Below are positions 30,746-40,414 of a stretch of 56,397 bases of DNA, in pieces; position 1 is the stretch's first letter; each line of letters starts with the position of its first letter. Location: assembly GCA_020341835.1 (NCBI GenBank), contig CP070838.1:1544487-1600883 (forward strand), read 5' to 3'. This DNA comes from Thiotrichales bacterium. Its GTDB lineage: Bacteria; Pseudomonadota; Gammaproteobacteria; SZUA-229. Position numbers and translations under genes: made by a program. The notes under the pieces are model-generated. The model was not told where the DNA came from, made no database searches, and saw only the letters and a list, made by a program, of their open reading frames with translations.

Positions 30746-33655
30746 TCAGGATTCAACACCCTGATCTGCCTCAACCTTCGATACAACCAGCCGGTTCCAG
30801 ATTTCGGTCACCATATCCAGATGGGGTTGCAGTTTTTGCTTAATATCCGCAGGCAACTCGACTTCCAGCGCCTGCCTGTTCGTCTGCTGTCGAAACAGCT
30901 TGTACGCAGATGCGAGATTATTCGCTTCTTCACTGCTGTACCAGCCAACCGCCGCCAGGTACTCGATAAACTCCAGTGTGGAACTTACGCCGAGTATCTC
31001 GGGATGTGCTGCGGTATTGAGCAACACCCCGGCCTGGGTGGTAAATTCAATATCGACCATACCCCCGCGGTCCTGCTTGATATTGAATTCCGACTCGTCA
31101 CGACTGGCCAGATGCGTGCGCATTTTCTCCCGCATTTCGACCACATCGGCACACAGCTTCGCCGGGTCGCGAGTGACTTCAAGCACAGACTGTCGGATTC
31201 TAGCAAACTCCTGACCCACTGGCTCGCTTCCGGTAATGACCCTGGTACGCAACAATGCCTGATGCTCCCAGGTCCAGGCCTTGTTTTTCTGGTAATCCTC
31301 GAAGGCGCTGACGCTGCTGACCATCATCCCTGCGCGTCCGTCAGGCCGCAGCCGGGTATCGGCTTCATAGAGTATGCCCGAATGGGTACGGGTACCGAGT
31401 ATATGCAGCACTTTCTGCGCAACCCGACTGAAAAACTGGGTATTATCGATGCTCTTTTCACCGCTGGTATACTGTTTCTGGCCCGAGCTGTCATGCAGGA
31501 ACACGATATCCAGGTCCGAGCCGTAACCCGTTTCCAGCCCGCCCAGCTTGCCATAGGCGACGATCGCCATGCCCGGGTGATATTCGCGGCCGTCAACGAT
31601 ACAGACCGGGCTGCCGTGGCGTTTGCAGACAGCATCCCAGGACAGCTGAAACACTTTCTCGAGCACGACGTCAGCGATCGTGCTCAGCTTGGCGCCTACA
31701 TCCCAGATTTCGTGGACGTGTATTACGTCGGTTGCTGCCAGCTTGAATATCTCGGTGCGTTTAAAGTGCCGCAAGCGCTCCATCTGCTGCTCGAGATCAT
31801 CCTCATCAACCTGCGACATCAGCCGCTGCAGTTCGGTCGTCAGCTGCTCGCGATCGTTCTGCCTGAACAGCTCCTGTGAATCGAGCAGTTCATCGAGCAG
31901 GATCGGGTAGCGTGCCAGCTCATTGGCAAACCACTGGCTGGCAGCACACAATTCGAGCATCTGATGTTGTGCAACCGGGTATTCGAGCAGCAGGCTGATA
32001 TAAACCGGGCGGCCAACGATGGCAGACAGAATTTCGAGCACCCGGTCCAGCAAGACCAGCGAATTTTCATAGCTCACCAGCTGTTTCAGCAATTTAATCA
32101 GCAACTGCTGCAAACGACGCAGACCGTCCTCGGACAGCGTGCGTATTCTGGCCGAACCCTTGAAGCGCTCAAGCACATCAAGCAGATCACCGGCATTGTC
32201 ACTGCCGGCCTGCTCAAGCCAGTGAGCCAGGTCTTCGGTGTGGTCCTCACTGCTCCAGAACAGCTGCAGCGCGTGAATACTGTCAGTCTCGGGCTGCTCG
32301 CCGGGCGCGATCACGGAGTCAAACACGGCCATTACCGCCTGGCGGTGCCGGTCCAGCTCCTGCATCAGCGCATCCCAGTCGTCGCATCCCATTGCCAGCC
32401 GGATGCGTTCCCTGGATAGTGCATCAACCGGCAGTGTCTGCGTCTGCTGGTCTCGTTCCATCTGCAGCCTGTTCTCCAGTTTGCGCAAATACAGGTAAGC
32501 CTGCCTGAGCTGCTCTGACTCATTCTGCTCCAGATAGCCAAGCGCGGCCAGCTGGTTCAATACCTCCAGGATACTGCGCAGCTGCAGCTCGGGCATCGGC
32601 CCACCGCGGATCAACTGGAACGTCTGGCCGATAAACTCGATTTCGCGGATGCCACCGCGACCCAGCTTGATATTGTTGTGCATGCCCTTGCGGCGCATCT
32701 CGGCTTCGATCATGGCTTTCATTTCACGAATGGATTCAAAAGCGCCGAAATCCAGGTAGCGACGATAGGTGAAAGGTCGCAGCATCGAAGCCAGGTACTT
32801 GCGCTCGGCCTCCCTGCCGCCGATGATCTTGGCCTTGATCATGGCATAGCGCTCCCAGTCACGGCCCTGCAGCTGGTAATACTGCTCCATCGCATTGAAG
32901 TTCATCGCCAACGGACCACTCTCGCCGTTAGGCCGCAGACGGGTATCGACACGAAAGACAAAACCATCGGCGGTAATCTCGTCCAGCAACCTGACCAGTT
33001 TTCTCGCCATACGCACGAAAAACTCGTGGTTGGACAAACGCCGCGCACCTTCGGTTGTACCCTCTTCCGCATAGGCAAAAATCAGATCGATATCGGAGGA
33101 AAAATTCAGTTCGCGTCCGCCCAGCTTACCCATTGCCAGTGCCAGCATCTCCTGCGCCTCGCCCTCAGCGCTTGTCGGTACACCCAGTACTTCCACGGTT
33201 TGCTGGTAAACGTGTTGAAGCCCCTGCGCGATGACCGCCTCGGCAAAATCGCTGAGTTCATGCAGCACCTGTTCTACACCGGCAAGACCGGCCAGGTCGC
33301 GCCAGGCAATACGCACCATTTCTGCCTGCCGCAACTGTCGCAAGCTACGCATCAGCTCGTCCTCACTCGCGCCCGCCTGCTCGATCGACTGCGCAACCCG
33401 TTGCTGATAATCTGCTGGTGTGCGCCCGGATTCGAAACCCTCGCTGGCGAGTTGGTCCAGCATCTCGGGTCTGCGGATGCACGCACGCGCGACAAACTCG
33501 CTGCAGGCCCAGACCTTCCCCATCACCGACAGATCGATATTCGGGCTCAACCGCCCGGAATCACCGCTGCCAGACCAGTCCTGCCAGTAATTTTGGACAG
33601 TTGGCTGCAATGATTCAGGAACGAAGGTCAGCAGTTGCTCAGGCGTAGCACTCAT
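30746..33655 (-). CDS. glnE: Bifunctional glutamine synthetase adenylyltransferase / adenylyl-removing enzyme GlnE
   Basis: 969 aa with two nucleotidyltransferase domains (GKLGGRELNFSSDIDLIF and GKLGGLETGYGSDLDIVFL). Confidence 0.95.
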   Translation of the reverse strand: MSATPEQLLTFVPESLQPTVQNYWQDWSGSGDSGRLSPNIDLSVMGKVWACSEFVARACIRRPEMLDQLASEGFESGRTPADYQQRVAQSIEQAGASEDELMRSLRQLRQAEMVRIAWRDLAGLAGVEQVLHELSDFAEAVIAQGLQHVYQQTVEVLGVPTSAEGEAQEMLALAMGKLGGRELNFSSDIDLIFAYAEEGTTEGARRLSNHEFFVRMARKLVRLLDEITADGFVFRVDTRLRPNGESGPLAMNFNAMEQYYQLQGRDWERYAMIKAKIIGGREAERKYLASMLRPFTYRRYLDFGAFESIREMKAMIEAEMRRKGMHNNIKLGRGGIREIEFIGQTFQLIRGGPMPELQLRSILEVLNQLAALGYLEQNESEQLRQAYLYLRKLENRLQMERDQQTQTLPVDALSRERIRLAMGCDDWDALMQELDRHRQAVMAVFDSVIAPGEQPETDSIHALQLFWSSEDHTEDLAHWLEQAGSDNAGDLLDVLERFKGSARIRTLSEDGLRRLQQLLIKLLKQLVSYENSLVLLDRVLEILSAIVGRPVYISLLLEYPVAQHQMLELCAASQWFANELARYPILLDELLDSQELFRQNDREQLTTELQRLMSQVDEDDLEQQMERLRHFKRTEIFKLAATDVIHVHEIWDVGAKLSTIADVVLEKVFQLSWDAVCKRHGSPVCIVDGREYHPGMAIVAYGKLGGLETGYGSDLDIVFLHDSSGQKQYTSGEKSIDNTQFFSRVAQKVLHILGTRTHSGILYEADTRLRPDGRAGMMVSSVSAFEDYQKNKAWTWEHQALLRTRVITGSEPVGQEFARIRQSVLEVTRDPAKLCADVVEMREKMRTHLASRDESEFNIKQDRGGMVDIEFTTQAGVLLNTAAHPEILGVSSTLEFIEYLAAVGWYSSEEANNLASAYKLFRQQTNRQALEVELPADIKQKLQPHLDMVTEIWNRLVVSKVEADQGVES

Positions 33656-33798
33656 CAGGAATCGATATCACTGGTTACTGTCAATTGTTTCAACGGGAAA
33701 AAATCCGGCACGATTGTAACTGATATCGGCACGAAGCCGAGACCGTTACAAAGATTATTATCTTGCTTGATCACGGCACTCATGTATATGCTGTCGTT

Positions 33799-34953
33799 AT
33801 GATTCAAAAAGCACCCGGCATCATCGAATTGCTGCAACAACTGATCGCGCTGCCCTCAATCAGCTGCACCAAACCGGAACTGGATATGGGTAACCGCCAG
33901 GTCATCGATACCCTGGCGGAATGGCTGGAAAACCTGGGTTTCAGTACAAACATAATGCCCCTCAATGATGATGGCAACAAGGCGAACCTGGTCGCCTCCA
34001 TTGGCAAAGGCCGCAATGGCCTGGTGCTTGCCGGACACACCGACACAGTTCCGTTCGATGAAAATCGCTGGGAATCTGACCCCTTTTCGCTAACCGAGTC
34101 AGATAACCGTCTGTATGGGCTTGGCACTGCCGACATGAAGTCTTTTTTCGCGCTGGTCATCGAAGCCATCCGTGATCTCGACCTGTCGAAGCTGCACCAC
34201 CCCCTGATCATACTGGCAACTGCCGATGAAGAAACCAGCATGAGCGGCGCGCGCGCACTTGGAACCAACGATATCGCCGGCGCACGTTTTGTCGTGATCG
34301 GCGAACCCACCGGATTAAGGCCGGTGCGCATGCACAAGGGCATGATGATGGAGGCCATTACGTTGACCGGCCTTTCCGGCCATTCCAGCGATCCATCGCT
34401 GGGCAACAGTGCGCTGGAAGCCATGCACCGGGTCATGACCGAACTGCTCGAGTGGCGCGCGACCTTACAGGCCTCAAACAGAAATCCATTATTCGAAGTG
34501 CCGGTCCCGACGATGAATCTCGGACATATCCACGGCGGAGACAATCCAAACAGGATCTGCGGGCATTGTGAGCTGCAGATCGACATCCGCCCGCTGCCCG
34601 GCATGAAACTGTCCGACTTGAGGTTCGAACTCGAGCAGCGCCTGCAAGCATCACTGGCTGGCAGTGGTATAAGTTACAGAACTGAGGCCCTGTTCGATGG
34701 CGTTCCCGCAATAGAAACAGCGGCCGACTCAAAACTGGTAAAAGCCGTTGAAAAACTGACCGGAAAGTCCTCGGAAGCGGTTGCCTTTTCCACTGAAGCA
34801 CCGTTTTACAATGGCATGGGTCTGGAGACCGTCGTGCTGGGACCCGGCCACATCAGCCAGGCGCACCAGCCCGACGAGTTCCTCGCCATGGACCAGATAA
34901 GGCCAACCATCCAGCTGATTCAGGACATAGTCAGACGGTTTTGCATGCCATGA
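33799..34953 (+). CDS. argE: Acetylornithine deacetylase ArgE
   Basis: Collinear with E. coli ArgE (LAGHTDTVPFD, LYGLGTADMK, ILATADEETSM, LNLGHIHGGD, GPGHISQAHQPDEFL). The ATG at 33799 is preferred over the track start at 33763. Confidence 0.92.
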   Translation: MIQKAPGIIELLQQLIALPSISCTKPELDMGNRQVIDTLAEWLENLGFSTNIMPLNDDGNKANLVASIGKGRNGLVLAGHTDTVPFDENRWESDPFSLTESDNRLYGLGTADMKSFFALVIEAIRDLDLSKLHHPLIILATADEETSMSGARALGTNDIAGARFVVIGEPTGLRPVRMHKGMMMEAITLTGLSGHSSDPSLGNSALEAMHRVMTELLEWRATLQASNRNPLFEVPVPTMNLGHIHGGDNPNRICGHCELQIDIRPLPGMKLSDLRFELEQRLQASLAGSGISYRTEALFDGVPAIETAADSKLVKAVEKLTGKSSEAVAFSTEAPFYNGMGLETVVLGPGHISQAHQPDEFLAMDQIRPTIQLIQDIVRRFCMP

Positions 34954-35138
34954 CTCCGGTTTCGCCATGCATATCCGCGAATTCATATTCCAATTAAGGG
35001 AAATAAATTGGCGAAAGAAATGTCGTGAATTCTGCCATTGCCAGGGTAACAATAACCCTGCTGCCGCATGCTGATAGACGTAACGCCATCAATCAGCAAC
35101 GGACCAGTGCAAGCACAGAATATCAGCGCAGGGTTCGA

Positions 35139-36098
35139 TTAGAAGCCTGATTTATGACGCCAGCCTTCATTAACCAGAGTGATTTCAGTAGCTTCATCAG
35201 GCCCAGTGTAACGATCAAACAAGCTGTCAAATGAATCCACAGTGCAAAATTCGTTCGCACCAGCCGGGTCCAGATAATGCGTGAATAACGACATGATTAT
35301 TTCGCAATACTGATCGCGCTCACAGCCAGCGCGGTTGATGCTGTATGGCCAGAATTCGCCCACTACCGGCACGCGATAACGACTAATAACCTCCTTCGAA
35401 CCGACAAAAAAGTCGTAGTCATGTCCCTGTATATCCATCCAGATCAATCCAGGTCGTTCTTTCGCGAAAAATCCCTTGCCGATCAGACTATCAAGCCTGC
35501 GTGCATCGACATTGGCGACTTCTCGCCGCTCTTCACGAAAATACCCTTTCTCAAACGACCTGCGTATTCGATGGTCACCGAAATTTTCATCAGACAGCTC
35601 CATCTCGACCTGGCCATCCTCACTTGACAAAGCCAATTGCAGACATTGCACATCTTCCGAGTAACCATTCTGGGCAATATTTTTCTCGAGAAGCCTGAAA
35701 TTTGATGGCACTGGTTCAAACGCTATTACATTCCTGAACATTGTGAATTTCATCAGCGCCAACGTAATCAGCCCAATGTTAGCACCAATATTCAGCGCTA
35801 TTCCCGGCCGCTCCTCATCAATATAGCCATTATCCACCAGCAGCCGCACCCTTTGCTTGACAGCATCAACATCATATTCGCGACGAAAGTAGATATGTTT
35901 ACCGACAGCTTTGTCTTTTGAGTAAAAAGTAACTAATCCGTTAAGGGAATCAATCGTCACCTCCCGACGCGGCCCACGATGTAATAGCCACCAGCGTAAC
36001 TTCTCCAGCTTCGTTGGTTTACCTTTGTTTACTCTGTACACCATGTCCTCAGTCCAACAGTTTTTGCTCAGATGGTTTGCAGTATAACCATTTTCCAT
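35139..36098 (-). CDS. FkbM-family SAM-dependent methyltransferase
   Basis: 319 aa with ALNIGANIGLITLAL..VIAFEPVPSNFRLLEKN..IWMDIQGHDY. AT-richer than its neighbours. Confidence 0.75.
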   Translation of the reverse strand: MENGYTANHLSKNCWTEDMVYRVNKGKPTKLEKLRWWLLHRGPRREVTIDSLNGLVTFYSKDKAVGKHIYFRREYDVDAVKQRVRLLVDNGYIDEERPGIALNIGANIGLITLALMKFTMFRNVIAFEPVPSNFRLLEKNIAQNGYSEDVQCLQLALSSEDGQVEMELSDENFGDHRIRRSFEKGYFREERREVANVDARRLDSLIGKGFFAKERPGLIWMDIQGHDYDFFVGSKEVISRYRVPVVGEFWPYSINRAGCERDQYCEIIMSLFTHYLDPAGANEFCTVDSFDSLFDRYTGPDEATEITLVNEGWRHKSGF

Positions 36099-36226
36099 GT
36101 GATTGATAATTAAACGCAGACCGAGAAGCCCAACAGAGCATGACTACACATACAGCCAATGTCACCAGGTCACTTTAAGATAGCAGTAACCACTGTCCAA
36201 AACCGGCGACAATCTCATCCGGCCAG

Positions 36227-38203
36227 TTATTTCGGCTTGAATCTTCGAACTGCACGTATGTATCGCTTGAGGAGCGCCTCGCTGTTATCGCAACTATAAC
36301 GCAAGCGTTCATAATCATCGGTTATCATTGCCAGCTCGCGCCGCTTGCTCGGCAAAAGCTGCATAACACGTGAAAGGAACTCCGTGGCACCTTCATTTGA
36401 CCTGTGCCGGATACCAACCTTCTCCAGCTTGCTGCAGAATTTTTCATAATATAACTTGATCTCGTCCCTGCGGCGTACCGGTTCCCGGTGAATCACCCAC
36501 CAGGCAACCAGGCTGCCGGCAACCGTCATCAACAACACCAGCCCCATCAGCAGATTGCTGCTGGTAACATTATTGAATCCGAGTAAACGGAGCAGTTCCT
36601 TCTGGCGGTCACTGTTAAACCCGACGATCCACTGGTTCCAGCTGTTACGGAAACTGTCCAGCATGTAACGGGCACGCTGAAAAACCACATTGTCTGAAAT
36701 CAGAATCGCAGGCAACAGATCGTGCTCGAGGCCGGCGTTTTCTATCCCGCGTTCTATCCGTGTTGGTGAAACCGCGGCTGTCGGGTCAACACGCACCCAG
36801 CCTTCATCTTCAAGCCACACTTCCGCCCAGGCATGTGCATCAGACTGGCGTACGATCATGTAATCGTCGAAGGGATGCATGGCACCGCCCTGATAACCCA
36901 CGACAACCCGTGACGGTATGCCCGCTGACCGCATCAGATACACGAAGGCACTGGCAAAATGCTCACAGAATCCACGGCGCGTGCTGAACAGGAAATCATC
37001 CATTGCATGCTCGCCCAGCAACGGTGGCGACAGGGTATAGGAAAACGCCTCGTTGCTGAAATATCTCAGCACATTGTTAATGTATGCATTACTATCCCGA
37101 TTCGATTCAATAAACAGCTTGCTGGCGAACTCTGCAGTATCCTGGTTCAGGCCTTCGGGCAGGGCGAGATTCTTGCGCCGCTCCGGCTCAAACAAACCGC
37201 CGTTTTCCGCACCGATATCAGACCGCAGCTGATAGTTCAGTACATCCGTCACCGGGCTGGCCGCGACCAGATGCATTTCCCGCGTGGCCAGCAGCGATCT
37301 GTCGTGCTGTATCGGCAGCTCGAGCGCATACAACCAATGCTGGTTGTGCGGTTCCAGCATCACCGTATAGCTGTATATTGTTTCAACAACATCTTCAGAA
37401 ACAATCAGCGGCCTGGCGAACGCAGGCGCATTCTCCATACGCCAGGTTCTGCCGTCATAGCTGGACAACGCAAGTCCGCGCCAGTACAAATCCGATCGCG
37501 GCGGCGGCTCGCTGTCGAATTGCACTCGAAACGCCACTTCGCCGGAAGCAATCAGGCGATTAATACTGCCGGGTGACATTTCTTCCGAAAGACCGGATGT
37601 CGCTGACCCGGCGTCTCTGGGCAAACCCCATAACGGGCCCGGCATGCGCGGAAACAGCACGAACAGGATCAACATCAACGGCACCGCCTGTGCAATCATG
37701 CGAAATGATTGATGGAGCCGCGCCTGTAATCGCATTGTTCCCAGGCGGTCACTGAACACAATCAGCAGGGATGTGAGATACACAACAACGACAAAAACAT
37801 GCGCTGCGATCAAAAGGCTCTGTGAATAGAAAAACTTGCTTGCGACCAGGAAAAATCCCATGAAGATAACAATTGCAATATCCCGGGTCGACTTCATTTC
37901 GAACAGCTTGAGAAAGGCGAGCAGCAGCAGCATGGCCGAACCCGGCAGTTGGCCGAGTATGGTGCCGAATGACAGCATTAACACCACTACCACCAGCACA
38001 GTCATTACAGCCAAAGCCCATCGACCAGGCCTTGCAGCCTTCCCGTTGATAATCAGCAATGCCCAGACGGTGAAAGCAGCAGTAAGCAGCAGCACCATGA
38101 CGGGCATATGCGGATACAGCGGCAGCGCCACAACGTGAATGCCCAGCAACAGCGGTGCGATAGGTTTGGTGAGCCTGTCTGCCGACAAAACGACTACCCC
38201 CAC
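36227..38203 (-). CDS. tgpA: TgpA-like transglutaminase-domain membrane protein (DUF3488 + transglutaminase core)
   Basis: 658 aa. About six N-terminal TM helices, then a catalytic region RRGFCEHFASAFVYLMRSAGIPSRVV..DAHAWAEVW (Cys-His-Asp triad context). Confidence 0.85.
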   Translation of the reverse strand: MGVVVLSADRLTKPIAPLLLGIHVVALPLYPHMPVMVLLLTAAFTVWALLIINGKAARPGRWALAVMTVLVVVVLMLSFGTILGQLPGSAMLLLLAFLKLFEMKSTRDIAIVIFMGFFLVASKFFYSQSLLIAAHVFVVVVYLTSLLIVFSDRLGTMRLQARLHQSFRMIAQAVPLMLILFVLFPRMPGPLWGLPRDAGSATSGLSEEMSPGSINRLIASGEVAFRVQFDSEPPPRSDLYWRGLALSSYDGRTWRMENAPAFARPLIVSEDVVETIYSYTVMLEPHNQHWLYALELPIQHDRSLLATREMHLVAASPVTDVLNYQLRSDIGAENGGLFEPERRKNLALPEGLNQDTAEFASKLFIESNRDSNAYINNVLRYFSNEAFSYTLSPPLLGEHAMDDFLFSTRRGFCEHFASAFVYLMRSAGIPSRVVVGYQGGAMHPFDDYMIVRQSDAHAWAEVWLEDEGWVRVDPTAAVSPTRIERGIENAGLEHDLLPAILISDNVVFQRARYMLDSFRNSWNQWIVGFNSDRQKELLRLLGFNNVTSSNLLMGLVLLMTVAGSLVAWWVIHREPVRRRDEIKLYYEKFCSKLEKVGIRHRSNEGATEFLSRVMQLLPSKRRELAMITDDYERLRYSCDNSEALLKRYIRAVRRFKPK

Positions 38204-38326
38204 CTGCAGCAGACCAGCGGAAAAGAATTCGTGCTCATTTTCACACTGGCAATTGCGAGCACCGGCAAACGTGGTGAATCGCTCACTGACAAACCGGCCT
38301 GCAACTGTTCTCGGACAGTATCCACT

Positions 38327-39334
38327 CTACTCCCTCCCGTACAGCGCCAGCGTCTTCAAACAATGCTGATAATGCCTGACGCCGTGGTCGGGACTGATCT
38401 CGACACCCGGCAGTCGCAAACCATAATGCCATTGCCCGGCCTCGGCATCGATCACCAGGCGCGCCATAATCGAAAGCCGCGCCTCTGTACCGCTGGCAGC
38501 GATCGCATTCCATTCTATCCACTGCATCTCCGGCTTGCCGCCGGTGAACTCCTTGGTGTGTAACTGGGCGGTTCGTGCAGCCGCCTTCCATGACACCCTG
38601 CGCCAGGAATCACCCGTCCGGTACTTGCGTAATCCTGCAAACTCCTCGATTCCATCCCCGTATAAATCGCTTTCACCATCGGAAACGGCGTCACTAAGCG
38701 GCAGCTCGGCAACCTTGACCGGCTTCGGATAGACAACACATTCCATGTTCAAATCGATCCACGTCCACGCCACGAACAAACCTGTAGGAAACTCTGTACT
38801 CAAGCGAAACCGGCCCGAGCGGAGCAAGCCGCGATGTTTCGCTTTTCTTTTGAAATGAAGCTGTCCGACACTTTCCGCTTTCACGTCGATGACTTAGTGC
38901 TCCTGGCCTTCCTGGCTGATTGCTATCGAGTACCGCGTCAGCTGATCACGGTTTTCGAGCTGAACGGTAAAGCTTGCGTTTTCACCGCTGAATACCGGCG
39001 AACTCCCCCCAGCACGCAGCTTCAATCCGGCGAGATTTCGCCAGGTCGCAAACATCGCGACATTACCAACACCAACAAGCAGAAATACCAGCACGAAGCC
39101 CAGACTCTTGCCGTAATTGACCGAGCCCAGCAGCAGAATAATAAGAAGCAAACAGAACAGAAGACCGATATTTGTCGGCAGGATATACACCCTGTTTTTA
39201 TCCAGCACGACCTCGCCATCGTAAGGCCCGCTGCGCCGTAACATAAAGTTGAACGCGGGATTACGCACAAAATCAGTCAGCCTTGTTCGAGAAACGAGTG
39301 GCAAGGATCCGCTCTTCAGGGAACAGGAACACAC
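38327..39334 (-). pseudogene. DUF58-family protein (MoxR partner) interrupted by a single in-frame TAA
   Basis: ORFs 38894-39334 (TM N-terminus) and 38327-38884 (DUF58 core EEFAGLRKYRTGDSWRRVSWKAAARTAQLHTKEF) are in the same frame. They are separated only by a TAA (38894-38896) plus three sense codons: ..QEGQEH*VIDVKAESV.. Confidence 0.7.
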
Positions 39335-40266
39335 GCGGCGATGAAATCAGCAGCACTCTGATGTTTGGTATCAAGATCGTCCGATGTTTTTACAAGCCGG
39401 TGATTTACCACAGCGGGCAACACTTCCTTGATATGTTCGGGCAGCACAAACTCCTTGCCATCGATCAATGCCAGAGCCCTGGCCGAGTTCAACAGCGCAA
39501 GGCCGCCGCGCGGAGACAGCCCGACCTCGAACATCGGTGAGCTGCGGGTGAACTCCAGCAACGCCTGCACATAATCGAGCAAAGCATCAGCCACGAAGAT
39601 ATCCGCTGCCTGCCTCTGGATGGAAGTCAGCTTGCTTGCATCCAGAACCGGCTTGATATGTTCAATCATGTCGCGCCGGTCCTCGCCCTGCAGTAATTCA
39701 CGCTCCGCCTCCTTGCCCGGGAAACCAAGGTGAAGACGCATCAGAAAACGGTCCAGTTGTGACTCCGGCAACGGGTATGTCCCGATTTGATGCACTGGAT
39801 TCTGCGTCGCGATGACAAAGAACGGTTGCGGCAGGTCGCGGGTCTCGCCTTCCACCGTCACCTGGAACTCTTCCATCGCTTCAAGCAATGCACTCTGGGT
39901 CTTGGGCGTTGCCCGATTGACCTCATCGGCAAGAATGAAATGTGAAAAAATCGGGCCCTGGTGAAATTCGAACAGCGCCCGTTCCCGATCGTAGACAGCA
40001 ACACCGAGTACGTCGGCCGGTAGCAGATCAGAAGTGAACTGAATGCGCTGGAAGTCGAGCCCCATGACCTGCGCAATGGCGTGCGCCAGCGTCGTTTTAC
40101 CGACACCCGGCAAATCCTCGATCAACAGGTGCCCTCGCGCGACCAGACAGGTGAGCGCCAGCCGTATCTGGTCATCCTTTCCGAGTATTATCCTGCCAAT
40201 TTGTTCTGCGGCGTGTTGCAGTATTGCGGTTGCAGCACTGCGCACCTTGGGATCGGTCGCTTGCAT
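39316..40266 (-). CDS. MoxR-family AAA+ ATPase
   Basis: 316 aa with GHLLIEDLPGVGKT (Walker A), ILADEVNRA (Walker B) and the typical MoxR C-terminus. Confidence 0.92.
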   Translation of the reverse strand: MQATDPKVRSAATAILQHAAEQIGRIILGKDDQIRLALTCLVARGHLLIEDLPGVGKTTLAHAIAQVMGLDFQRIQFTSDLLPADVLGVAVYDRERALFEFHQGPIFSHFILADEVNRATPKTQSALLEAMEEFQVTVEGETRDLPQPFFVIATQNPVHQIGTYPLPESQLDRFLMRLHLGFPGKEAERELLQGEDRRDMIEHIKPVLDASKLTSIQRQAADIFVADALLDYVQALLEFTRSSPMFEVGLSPRGGLALLNSARALALIDGKEFVLPEHIKEVLPAVVNHRLVKTSDDLDTKHQSAADFIAACVPVP

Positions 40267-40414
40267 GATGATGCCGGCACATCCGTAAAGAGTTGTTCTT
40301 GATATTCCTTATATGTAGACCAAAATCGGCCGCCTTGTTTCCTCAAAAGCCGTAAATCCGAACGTGCCAGATAGAGCGCAAGCACAGGAGTCAGGCTGAT
40401 GAAACCTGTACTGG

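Noticed and set aside
30821-33613. 352-aa and 311-aa + strand ORFs (30821-31879 and 32678-33613) opposite glnE.
   Set aside because: They are shadow ORFs of the 969-aa glnE and contain no motifs.
33655-33840. 61-aa - strand ORF in the glnE/argE intergenic region.
   Set aside because: It overlaps the argE start region and has no RBS or recognisable features. It is probably spurious.
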